Shown here piece after piece: positions 9,030 to 18,089 of a stretch of 64,000 bases of DNA. The notes beneath the pieces were generated by a model, which was given only the letters and a program-made list of their open reading frames with translations, made no database searches and was not told where the DNA came from. Every line of letters starts with the position of its first letter. Within the stretch, counting starts at the first letter, position 1. Position numbers and translations under genes: made by a program. Source of the DNA: an uncultured Candidatus Binatia bacterium (lineage in GTDB: Bacteria; Desulfobacterota; Binatia; Bin18); assembly GCA_965200965.1 (NCBI GenBank), contig OZ241744.1, positions 1,344,001 to 1,408,000 on the forward strand. Reading direction: 5' to 3'.

Positions 9030-12000
9030 ATGGCCCGAAAAGTGGAAAAAACAGAACGCTATCTGAATACGCGCCACGCCGGCCTCACCGGTCTGCTACT
9101 CCTGTGCGGCCTGCTGTTGACCCTCGCCCCCACGGCCAGGGCGCAAGCAGCCACCTCCACCACGAGGTGGCCGGTCGTAACCCTCACCGTCACCACCCTC
9201 ACGGATGACGCCAAAACGCCGGCACCGGGGTCTCTCCGCTATCAGGTGAACCGGGCCAACGCCGCGTCCAGCCCGGCTAGGATCCTCTTTGACCCGGCCC
9301 TCAGTGGCGGCACCATCACGCTCACCAAAAGACTGGTCTTCTATAACGACATACAGCTTCTCGCCCAGGATACACAGGGAAGATCCATTGATATGACGCT
9401 GGATGGGGGAGCCAACCCTGACAGGGTAGGGCTGGGCATCTACTCCGGCTCCGCCACCGTTTCGGGATTCAATCTCGTCAATTTCGGCCTCTCCGTCTCA
9501 AGGCACCCTGCGGCGGGATGCACAGAGCACGATGTGGTAAAATCAAGGGTCACGATCTCCGATAATGTGATAGTAGCCACTTCTACAAAGGCCAGGATTT
9601 GGGCGGGCACTAGCGTCAGGGCGTGCCTAGACGTGACCATCAGCGGGAATCGGATCACGGCGTATTCCGGCATCAGAATTCTCGCTAATGACAGCAGCAG
9701 GATAAAGGCCACCGTGTCCGCCAATACCATCACCGGTGCTACCGGTGCTACCGGGGACGGCATCTCCATTTCCACGCCCGGTGACAGCAGCAAGGTAGAG
9801 GCCACCGTGTCCGCCAATACCATCACCGGTGCTACCGGGAACGGCATCGGCATTTACACGCACGGTGACAGCAGCAGGGTAGAGGCCACCGTGTCCGCCA
9901 ATACCATCACCGGTGCTACCGGTGCTACCGGGGACGGCATCTCCATTTCCACGCCCGGTGACAGCAGCAAGGTAGAGGCCACCGTGTCCGCCAATACCAT
10001 CACCGGTGCTACCGGGAACGGCATCGGCATTTACACGCACGGTGACAGCAGCAGGGTAGAGGCCACCGTGTCCGCCAATACCATCACCGGTGCTACCTGG
10101 GACGGCATCGGCATTTACATGTACGGTGACAGCAGCAGGGTAGAGGCCACCGTGTCCGCCAATACCATCACCGATGTTACCTTCCACGGCATCTACATCG
10201 AGGGCGGGTATGGCACCAGGGTAGAGGCCACCGTGTCCGCCAATACCATCACCGATGTTACCTTCCACGGCATCTACATCAAGGGCGGGTATGGCACCAG
10301 GGTGGACGCCACGCTGTCGGACAATCGCATCACCGGAGCGCGCCATGGGATTAATCTTCTCGGTGGATCCGGCAGGGGGAGAACGGTCCGTGGTCCCAGC
10401 AAAGTAACGGTCCGTGGTTCCGGCAACACGGTCATCGGCAGCGGTGGAGTGGATATCTTTGCAGCAGACAGACAAGTGGGCACGGATGACAATGACGAGG
10501 TGAATGGGCGTCTTGAGAACACCATCTTCAACACCAAAAACCTTTCAGGCGTGAGAAAGAGGACCAACCGCTTCACCGTCCACAGATACCAGGCCGCCAC
10601 GCTTCCCAGCAGGGGTCTCACCGGCGGGTACCAGAACCAGGACGGCACGACCGAGGTCGTGACCATCCCCACCATTGAGGAAACCTATCTGTCCGCCCCG
10701 GCCCAGGTTGCCCCGCGCCAGGCGGTCGAGCGGGCCGTGGCCGTGGTCTCCAGGCAGGCCACCTCAACGGACTTCGGGGCCACCCCCCTCGTCGTCAGCC
10801 TCATTCCCCGGGATGCAGACGGGCGGGTGGTCAGCGGCGTGACTGACCACCCCGTGCGGGTGTGTTTACCCCTGCCGGCCGGCCTGTCGGACGCGCCCAC
10901 TCCAGAGCTCGCCTGGCTGGACGGCCCCGTCTGGCACCCCCTGTCCTCGGAGCGGTCAGAGGGGCAAATCTGCGCCGATTTCCGCGGGTTCCCGCTCTTT
11001 CTTGGCAGCACCGGCGTTCCGGACACCACCGACAGCACCGGCGGTCCCGGCAACCCTGACGGTGGCACCACCAACCCCGACGCCCCGGACACCCCCGACA
11101 GCACCGGCGGTCCCGGCAACCCTGACGGTGGCACCACCAACCCCGGCGGCCCCGGCAACCCCGGCGGTGGCACCACCAACCCCGACGCCCCGGACATCCC
11201 CGACAGCACCGGCGGTCCCGGCAACCCTGACGGTGGCACCACCAACCCCGGCGGCCCCGGCAACCCCGCTCCGCCGCAGCGCCAAGCCGCGGATGCTGAA
11301 GCCACGGCACGCGGCACGGAGAGCGCGGGCAGCAGTGCCCCCCTCGCCGGCCACCCCCCCTTGGTCGGTGTTCTGGAGAACCCCCGGCCAGCCTCCTCGC
11401 AGAGTGGCATCGGGCTGATCTCGGGCTGGGTGTGCGCCGGGGCGGTGGTTGAACTGGAGGTGGACGGCACGCCTCTCGGAGCAGCCGCCTCTGGCACGAG
11501 CCGGGCCGATGTGGCCGCCACTGGGGCCTGCGGGGGCCGGGCCGATGTCGGCTTTGGGCTGCTGTTCAACTGGAACCTGCTCGGTGACGGCCAACATACC
11601 ATCCGGGCCTTGGCCGATGGGGTCGAGTTCAGCCAGGCGACCTTCACCGTGACGACCCTGGGGGAGGAGTTCGTCCACGAGGGCAGCGGCACGGCCCTGG
11701 TGGCCGACTTTCCGTCTCCGGGCGAGCAGGCACGGCTGGTGTGGCAGGCGGGTCTCCAGAACTTCATGCTGGCCCCGCTCTCGGCCCCGGCGGCCCGGCC
11801 GGCCGGCGGGCTGGCACCCGCCCCGGCCGGCGGCCCGCTCGGCGTCCTGGAAAACCCGGCCGGCGGCTCCCTCCAGAGCGGCCTCAGCGTGCTGTCGGGC
11901 TGGGTGTGTGAGGCCACGGTGGTTGAGGTCGAACTCAACGGCGACAGCGCCCACCGGCTGGCGGCGGCCTATGGGACCGGCCGGGCTGATACGGCCAACG

Positions 12001-12260
12001 CTTGCGGCAACGCCGGGAACAACGGCTTTGGGCTGCTGTTCAACTGGAACCTGCTCGGCGATGGGGTCCACACCGTGCGGGTGCTGGCCGACGGGGTGGA
12101 GTTTGGCCGGGCGACCTTCACCGTGACGACCTTCGGGGAAGAGTTCGTCCGGGAGGCCCGCGGGCGGGTGGTCGTGGCCGACTTTCCGTCCCCGGGCGAG
12201 ACCGCCACGCTGGCCTGGCAGGAAGCCACCCAGACCTTTGTGATTACGCACCTGGAGTAA
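9030..12260 (+). CDS. Large secreted modular surface protein: signal peptide, CSLREA-like start, parallel beta-helix repeats, Pro/Gly/Thr linker, two tandem C-terminal domains
   Basis: Hydrophobic signal ending ARA-QA; VTTLTDD..PGSLR; repeated VEATVSANTIT..GI.I; two copies of LENP..SG...ISGWVC...FGLLFNWNLLGDG.HT.R.LADGVEF. Confidence 0.85.
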   Translation: MARKVEKTERYLNTRHAGLTGLLLLCGLLLTLAPTARAQAATSTTRWPVVTLTVTTLTDDAKTPAPGSLRYQVNRANAASSPARILFDPALSGGTITLTKRLVFYNDIQLLAQDTQGRSIDMTLDGGANPDRVGLGIYSGSATVSGFNLVNFGLSVSRHPAAGCTEHDVVKSRVTISDNVIVATSTKARIWAGTSVRACLDVTISGNRITAYSGIRILANDSSRIKATVSANTITGATGATGDGISISTPGDSSKVEATVSANTITGATGNGIGIYTHGDSSRVEATVSANTITGATGATGDGISISTPGDSSKVEATVSANTITGATGNGIGIYTHGDSSRVEATVSANTITGATWDGIGIYMYGDSSRVEATVSANTITDVTFHGIYIEGGYGTRVEATVSANTITDVTFHGIYIKGGYGTRVDATLSDNRITGARHGINLLGGSGRGRTVRGPSKVTVRGSGNTVIGSGGVDIFAADRQVGTDDNDEVNGRLENTIFNTKNLSGVRKRTNRFTVHRYQAATLPSRGLTGGYQNQDGTTEVVTIPTIEETYLSAPAQVAPRQAVERAVAVVSRQATSTDFGATPLVVSLIPRDADGRVVSGVTDHPVRVCLPLPAGLSDAPTPELAWLDGPVWHPLSSERSEGQICADFRGFPLFLGSTGVPDTTDSTGGPGNPDGGTTNPDAPDTPDSTGGPGNPDGGTTNPGGPGNPGGGTTNPDAPDIPDSTGGPGNPDGGTTNPGGPGNPAPPQRQAADAEATARGTESAGSSAPLAGHPPLVGVLENPRPASSQSGIGLISGWVCAGAVVELEVDGTPLGAAASGTSRADVAATGACGGRADVGFGLLFNWNLLGDGQHTIRALADGVEFSQATFTVTTLGEEFVHEGSGTALVADFPSPGEQARLVWQAGLQNFMLAPLSAPAARPAGGLAPAPAGGPLGVLENPAGGSLQSGLSVLSGWVCEATVVEVELNGDSAHRLAAAYGTGRADTANACGNAGNNGFGLLFNWNLLGDGVHTVRVLADGVEFGRATFTVTTFGEEFVREARGRVVVADFPSPGETATLAWQEATQTFVITHLE
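9690..10340 (+). repeat. In-frame tandem repeat array, units of 81-93 bp
   Basis: Identical core gccaccgtgtccgccaataccatcaccg at 9708, 9801, 9885, 9978, 10062, 10146 and 10227, with a degenerate copy at 10308. Spacings are 93, 84, 93, 84, 84, 81, 81. Confidence 0.95.
11020..11268 (+). repeat. Linker tandem repeats (DSTGGPGNPDGGTTNP)
   Basis: gacagcaccggcggtcccggcaaccctgacggtggcaccaccaaccccg at 11031, 11097 and 11202, plus partial units. Confidence 0.9.
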
Positions 12261-12437
12261 GGGGCCGGGAGTGCCGGCGGCCCCGTCCGCCTGATGTTCC
12301 TGTCCACGGCTCCCCGGCCTCGGGCGCGAGCGTCCGGGGCTGAAAATTGACACCACCACAGGCTTGCATCCAGGTCGCTGCCCAGTGTAACCAGGACGCA
12401 TCCGACCCAAGAAACCGACCGCGACGGAGCCTGAACC

Positions 12438-12728
12438 ATGCGTTTCATCGCCAGTATTCTCGGCAGCCTGCTCGCCCGCCGGTTGCGCTTTCCGCAGCTC
12501 TTCGTGCTGACCACCGGCCTGTTTGTAATTGACCTGCTGATTCCCGACCTCATCCCTTTTCTGGACGAGATTGTGCTCGGCTTGGCCAGTCTGCTGTTCG
12601 GATCGTGGAAAGCCGGCCCCACGGACAAGCTGGACGAAGCCCGGCAAGACGAAGAGGTGATTATCACCCAGGCCCGGGTTGTTGACAGCGACCGAACCGC
12701 ATCCAAAGACCGCCCGCCCCCCGGATGA
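12438..12728 (+). CDS. Small membrane protein (DUF6116-like)
   Basis: LRFPQLF...DLLIPDLIPFLDEIVLGL motif. Confidence 0.7.
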   Translation: MRFIASILGSLLARRLRFPQLFVLTTGLFVIDLLIPDLIPFLDEIVLGLASLLFGSWKAGPTDKLDEARQDEEVIITQARVVDSDRTASKDRPPPG

Positions 12729-12733
12729 AGGAC

Positions 12734-14389
12734 TCAGCGCTGCGCGCCAACCGAGGCGGTGATATACTTGACCGTCACTGGCGACAGATCGTGCGGGTCG
12801 GCCATGACCTCGATAATCACAAACGACCGGATGGCGTCGGTCGCCCCGAGCGCGGCCCGCAACTCGCTGACCGTCTCGACCCGGATGCCCGTCCCACCCC
12901 AGGCCTCGGCCAACTGCGCATACGGCCACGGCGGAATAGCGAGCAGGTCTTCCCGCTCAGACACCGGTCGGAAGATGCCCCAGCCGCCGTTATTCATCAG
13001 CACCACAATCGGGTTCAGCCCATAGCGCGGGGCGTGGGCAATTTCCGGCCCGGTCATCTGAAATGCGCCGTCCCCGCATAAGATCAGCGGTCGCTGGCCG
13101 GTCCCGACCTGTGCCCCCATCGCCCCCGGAATGCCAAAGCCCATTGAGGCATAATAGCCCTGGGCCAAATAGCCGCTGTGGCGTCCAAACCGCACATCCA
13201 GGCCGGCAAACAACATATCGCCGGCCTCGGCCACGACCAGATGGTCGGGGTGCGTCTCCAAAAAGGCGTTGACCTCGCCCAGCATATCAGTGACCCGGAT
13301 GGTCCGCTCCGCACCCGGAGCCCGGGGCTCCAGATTATCGTGATAGCTGACCGTCTCGCGGTGGCGGCGCATTGGCGCTCCGAGCAGCGCCCGCAGATAG
13401 TCATCGAGCGTGACATCGGTATAGCTGTGGTGACTGATATCGACCCGGTTCTCAGACGCCCAGATCAGTTTTTCACGCGGTAGCCGGGGCAGTTGGGAGC
13501 CGAGATTCATATCGGTCAACAGCGCTCCCAGGTTCACCACCAGGTCGGCCTCGTCAACCCGCCGGCGGATCAGCTCGGGTGAGATAGCCCCGATATGCAC
13601 GCCCATGTGCTGGGGATGGTCGGCCGGAAACGCGCCCTTAGCCAACACCGTCGTAGCGCACGGCGCGCCCGTCTTCTCGACCAGAGCCACCACCTGATCC
13701 ACCAGTTTACGGCGGAAGACCTCGATGCCCACAATCACAAAGGGATTTTTGGCCTGGTTGAGCCGGGCAACCGTATCCCGGGCCGCCTCAGCAACCTTGT
13801 GGGGGTCGGAGGGGCGGCGCATAAAGGTCCCGTCCCAGGCCAGGAGCGAAGGGGGAACCGTGATCTGATGCTCAACCATGTCTTGATGAATCTCGATATA
13901 GCCCGGCTGCTGGTGCAGCCAGAGGGCCTGCACAACCTCATGAATATCCTCGGCCGCGGTCTGTGGATTATCAATAATTTTGGCCGCGCAGGTAATTTCT
14001 CTGAAGACCCGGAACTGCGACTCAATCTCTTTGGCCTGGTGGTGGACCAGAATTCCCAGCTTGCGTTTTTCCTCGCCCGGCCCACCGCTGACGACCAGGA
14101 TCGGCACCCGCTCAGAGTAGGAGCCGGCCACTGCATTGACCACATTCAGCCCCCCTGCCCCGTAGGTCACACACAACACCCCGAGCCGGCCGGTCGCCCG
14201 CGCATAGCCGTCCACCGCAAACCCGGCCCCGGGCTCGTGCGAAAAAGTCATGACCCGCATATCCCGGGGCTTGCCAAACTTCATGAACAGTTGGATGACC
14301 AGATCGCCAGGAATGCCGAACAGACGGGTGACGCCGACCTTGCGCAGATAGGCCACAAGAAAATCGCCGAGTTGCATCTGTGCTCGCAT
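12734..14389 (-). CDS. ipdC: TPP-dependent indolepyruvate/phenylpyruvate decarboxylase
   Basis: FGIPGD, HEPGAGFAVDGYAR, VTYGAGGLN, HHQ, and the TPP motif GDGAFQMTG...NN; RBS ggaggag. Confidence 0.8.
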   Translation of the reverse strand: MRAQMQLGDFLVAYLRKVGVTRLFGIPGDLVIQLFMKFGKPRDMRVMTFSHEPGAGFAVDGYARATGRLGVLCVTYGAGGLNVVNAVAGSYSERVPILVVSGGPGEEKRKLGILVHHQAKEIESQFRVFREITCAAKIIDNPQTAAEDIHEVVQALWLHQQPGYIEIHQDMVEHQITVPPSLLAWDGTFMRRPSDPHKVAEAARDTVARLNQAKNPFVIVGIEVFRRKLVDQVVALVEKTGAPCATTVLAKGAFPADHPQHMGVHIGAISPELIRRRVDEADLVVNLGALLTDMNLGSQLPRLPREKLIWASENRVDISHHSYTDVTLDDYLRALLGAPMRRHRETVSYHDNLEPRAPGAERTIRVTDMLGEVNAFLETHPDHLVVAEAGDMLFAGLDVRFGRHSGYLAQGYYASMGFGIPGAMGAQVGTGQRPLILCGDGAFQMTGPEIAHAPRYGLNPIVVLMNNGGWGIFRPVSEREDLLAIPPWPYAQLAEAWGGTGIRVETVSELRAALGATDAIRSFVIIEVMADPHDLSPVTVKYITASVGAQR

Positions 14390-14495
14390 ATGTCTCTCCT
14401 CCCCCACCATTGTAGCAAGACGCGGCCGGCTGGCGAGAGGCTGGGGAAAATGTGCTAGATAGGCATGAGCACGAACAGAGACGAGGGAGCAAGGC

Positions 14496-15908
14496 ATGAG
14501 TGCTCACATCGCACCGCTCAGAACCGCCGACCTGCCGCTCCGCAGCCAGTCGTTCTGGCGCACGACCGGACCGGGGGCGGTGCTGGTCGGGCTGTCGATC
14601 GGGGCCGGCGAGATTGTGCTGTGGCCGTGGATCACCACCAAGTTCGGGGCCGCTATGGTCTGGGCGGCCGCCCTGGGGGTTTTTTTGCAACTGTGGGTGA
14701 ATATCGAGATCGGCCGCTGGGCGATTGTCACCGGCGAGGCCCCGTATACCGGATTTGCCCGGGTATGGATGGGTTTTATCTACGCCCTGCTGTTTGTCGG
14801 TTTTGTGACCCTGTTCCTGCCCGGCTGGGCGCGCATCTCGGGCGCGGCCCTCAAGGCCCTGCTGTTCGGCCCGGATGGCCCCGGCCCCGACTGGCTGTGG
14901 ACCGGCCTGACCTTTGTCGCGGTCGGACTGGTGCTGTTTGGCCCCAAGGTCATGTATCGGGCAGTTGAGCGGATCACGATTGGGCTGGTCGTTTTTATGA
15001 CACTGGGGTTGATCCTGGTCGCCATGCAGGTCGGCACCCTGGAGGCGGTGGCTGAGATGGCGCGTGGGCTGGTCAACTTCGGGCATATTGAGTTGGACGA
15101 CGAGTTTCCCTTCAGCCGCTTTTTTGGCGCGGTGGTATTTGCCGGGGCCGGCGGGGCCGGCAACCTGTGGTACGCCTTTTATCTCCGCGACAAGGGTATC
15201 GGCATGGGCGCGCGGGTACCGACCCTGACCAATCCGCTCCGGGGCGGGGCCGATACCGACACACCGACCGGCTATACCTATCCAGAGACCGAGCCGAACC
15301 GCCGCGCCTTCAAGGACTGGCTGCGCTGGGTTGTGCTTGACCAGACGTTGTATTTCTGGCTGCTCAACAGCCTGACCATGTTCCTGTTCATGTTCGGTGC
15401 GCTGTGTGTGCTGCGGCCGCTGGGAGTAGTGCCGACGGAGGGCCGGATTATCTGGGACGAGTCGCTCATCCTGGGCGAGGCCCTGGGCAGCTTTGGGCGC
15501 TATCTGTATCTGCTCATCGGCATGGCGGCTCTGTTCAGCACCCAGCTGGTAGCGGTCGACGGCGGGGCGCGGGTGTGGGCGTATATCCTGCGCACCTGCT
15601 TCCGGTTTGGCCGGCGGGTTGACCAGGCCAAGCTCTATGCGCCGTTTGCCGTGGTGTTCATGCTGGCCGGGACCGGCAGCACCTGGTTCTTTGAGCGGTT
15701 CGCGGTGACCGGGCTTAGCTTTATTTTTAATGCTGCCCTGCTGGGCGGTTTCTCAATGGCCATGTACGTCCCGCTGATGCTGTACCTGAACCTGCGCTAC
15801 CTGCCTGTCTCGGCTCGGCCAGGGCTTGTTTGCATCGCTATGATGCTGGTGGCCTCGGGCGTCTACGGCAGCTTTGCGCTCTACAGCCTGTGGGCGGCGA
15901 TGTTCTAG
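14496..15908 (+). CDS. Nramp-like (APC superfamily) transporter
   Basis: GPGAVLVGLSIGAGE, EIGRWAIVTGE; multiple TM segments. Confidence 0.75.
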   Translation: MSAHIAPLRTADLPLRSQSFWRTTGPGAVLVGLSIGAGEIVLWPWITTKFGAAMVWAAALGVFLQLWVNIEIGRWAIVTGEAPYTGFARVWMGFIYALLFVGFVTLFLPGWARISGAALKALLFGPDGPGPDWLWTGLTFVAVGLVLFGPKVMYRAVERITIGLVVFMTLGLILVAMQVGTLEAVAEMARGLVNFGHIELDDEFPFSRFFGAVVFAGAGGAGNLWYAFYLRDKGIGMGARVPTLTNPLRGGADTDTPTGYTYPETEPNRRAFKDWLRWVVLDQTLYFWLLNSLTMFLFMFGALCVLRPLGVVPTEGRIIWDESLILGEALGSFGRYLYLLIGMAALFSTQLVAVDGGARVWAYILRTCFRFGRRVDQAKLYAPFAVVFMLAGTGSTWFFERFAVTGLSFIFNAALLGGFSMAMYVPLMLYLNLRYLPVSARPGLVCIAMMLVASGVYGSFALYSLWAAMF

Positions 15909-16082
15909 GCTGAGGCGGGGGGCGCGTCACAGGGGCCGTCGGGACTGCTCCCGCGGGGCGCAAGTCACCGCTTGACCAAGAGCGTTTGGCTACCTGTCCA
16001 TCCTGGCCCGGAGTGCGCCCCGATAGACGCAATTGACCATTCACCCGTTTAGCGCTAGATAGCCCGACATGATGGAGGTCTT

Positions 16083-16428
16083 ATGACGCAAGACGAAATC
16101 GTTGAGCGCAACGTCTTCAAAGTGCGGCTGTTCATTGATGCCTGGCGGGCGATTGACCCGGACGTGGCTATGGCCTGTCTGTCGGACGACATCGTGTCTA
16201 TCAACCAGCCGCTCGAACCGCTGATCGGCCAGGGGGATGTCCGCACGCCCGTCGAAGGGATCATGCAGCTCTCGCACCGGGTACACTGGGAACTGCGCAA
16301 CTGCTTTGGGCGCGACAATACGGTTGTCACCGAACGCCTCGACTGCTGGGACTTCGACGGCAAGGGCTGGGGACTCACACTGCCCTCCGTGGTTCGAGAA
16401 CGGCGGACCGACCCTGCATCTTGACTGA
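16083..16428 (+). pseudogene. Truncated limonene-1,2-epoxide hydrolase/SnoaL-like protein
   Basis: FIDAW, NQPLEPLIG, VVTERLD motifs; ends at LTLP without the GVFE..DGKI..WRDYFD C-terminus. Confidence 0.6.
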
Positions 16429-16492
16429 CACGCCGCGCCCGTTTCATGCAGCACTCGGTTGAGGCCCGCCGCCAGAAAGAACATGCCTGACC

Positions 16493-16824
16493 CAGTTCCT
16501 GGCCTACATGGCCGGCTGCAACCCGCACATCAAAGGCGGCTCTCATGGTGGTGGTCATGCCGTGGTACCCGGCTATCCGGGTTGCTGAAAACATGGCCAT
16601 GCTTGATGCCATGTCCGATGGGCGGGCGGTGTTCGGATTTGGCCGCGGCCTGTCACGCATTGGGTTTGAGGGTCTGCAATGCAATATGGGCGAATCGACA
16701 CGAGCGCATGACCGAGACAGCCCAGGCAGTCATGACCGGCCTCGAACAAGGCTATGTTGACTACATCGGTGCCGACCCGCTGTTCGATAGCGAGGACGCG
16801 GCTCCGCTACACGCAAATGGATGA
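16493..16824 (+). pseudogene. Fragment of an LLM-class flavin-dependent oxidoreductase
   Basis: QFLAYMAG / MVVVMPW..IRVAENMAMLD.MSDGRAVFGFGRG / VMTGLEQGY occur across frameshifts and are collinear with the intact gene at 21218-22315. Confidence 0.75.
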
Positions 16825-16836
16825 ACGGAGGACACG

Positions 16837-17916
16837 ATGGAGTTTGGCATCTGTATGGCGACGAAAATCGACGACTGGCAACTCATCAAGTACGCCGAAG
16901 AGCTGGGCTTTGACAGAGCCTGGGTCCCGGACTCGCAGATGATCTGGTCGGACTGTTATGCGGTACTGGCCCTGGCGGCTCACAATACCTCACGGATTCA
17001 GCTGGGAACCGGCGTTGCTATCCCTGGCACGCGCATTGCCCCGGTGACCGCCCACTCAATTGCCTCAATCAACCAGATCGCGCCGGGGCGGGCGTTTCTG
17101 GGCATCGGCACCGGTCACACCGCCATGCGGGTGATGGGCATGGAGCCGATGCGGATTCGGGACTTCCGTGAATACCTGCGCGTACTCCGGGGTCTGCTGC
17201 GGGGAGAGGAAGTCGAATATACGCTGGCAGACCGGACGCGCTCGATCCGGTTTCTGCACCAGGACCTGCGCTTTGTGAACCTGGACAATCCGATTCCCAT
17301 CTATGTCGCCGCCAACGGTCCGCGGGCGCTGAGAGTGGCCGGGGAGTTTGGCGACGGGCTGATCTCGGCCTTTAACGAGCGACCCGAGACGCTGGCCTCT
17401 CACCTCGACATCGTCCGGGCCGGGGCCGAGCAGGTCGACCGCAGCTTGCCGGAGCCGTTTCATACCGCGACGCTGATCACCTCGGTTGTGCTGCAACCCG
17501 GCGAGCGGCTGAACTCAGACCGGGTCATTGACGAGTGCGGCTCACAGGTCGCCGCCATTCTCCATTTTGTGTACGAACTCTATACACAGACCGCCAACGA
17601 GGACTTTATTCCTGAGGCGTTTCGCGGCGTCTGGGACGAGTACTGCGCGTCTGTCGACGCGATGGAAACGCCCCCGGAAAAACGCTATCTCCAGATTCAT
17701 AACGGCCACTGCACCTTCCTGGTTCCCGAAGAACGGCGCTTTATCACACCCGAAGCTATCCGGGGCGTGTGTCTGGTCGGGACGCCGGACGAGATCGTTG
17801 AGCAGATTCGGGCCGCCGAACAGGCCGGCCTCAGAGAGATTACGCTCCTCCCGCCCATGAAGTCGGCGCGGAAAGTGTTTGCGGATTTTGCCGAACATGT
17901 GATGAAACGCTGCTGA
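16837..17916 (+). CDS. LLM class flavin-dependent oxidoreductase (Mer-like)
   Basis: AEELGFDRAWVPDSQ, GRAFLGIGTG, PIYVAANGPR; RBS ggagga. Confidence 0.9.
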   Translation: MEFGICMATKIDDWQLIKYAEELGFDRAWVPDSQMIWSDCYAVLALAAHNTSRIQLGTGVAIPGTRIAPVTAHSIASINQIAPGRAFLGIGTGHTAMRVMGMEPMRIRDFREYLRVLRGLLRGEEVEYTLADRTRSIRFLHQDLRFVNLDNPIPIYVAANGPRALRVAGEFGDGLISAFNERPETLASHLDIVRAGAEQVDRSLPEPFHTATLITSVVLQPGERLNSDRVIDECGSQVAAILHFVYELYTQTANEDFIPEAFRGVWDEYCASVDAMETPPEKRYLQIHNGHCTFLVPEERRFITPEAIRGVCLVGTPDEIVEQIRAAEQAGLREITLLPPMKSARKVFADFAEHVMKRC

Positions 17917-18089
17917 AGACAGGGCGGACCGGCAGAGGCTTGAGGGATACGCCTGTAGTTGCCGCGCGACGGCTTGTCGGTGGCGGGGGTAGAAGATAAG
18001 CTCGGCTTCTGAAAAACCCCGAAAAATTTGAAGTTTTCTGATCACAGACATGAACAGTCGATCCAGCGGTCGTCAAAGGCTCAGGCGTC

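Noticed and set aside
9708-10335. Regularly spaced identical 28 bp repeats resembling a CRISPR array
   Set aside because: The spacers are mutually homologous or duplicated, all unit lengths are multiples of 3 within one ORF, and there are no cas genes in the window
9690-10340. Diversity-generating retroelement TR/VR pair
   Set aside because: No reverse transcriptase in the window, and the differences between units are not adenine-specific
10956-12929. 657 aa antisense ORF, and similar long shadow ORFs such as 32414-34195
   Set aside because: Antisense shadows of high-GC coding sequence with no recognisable motifs
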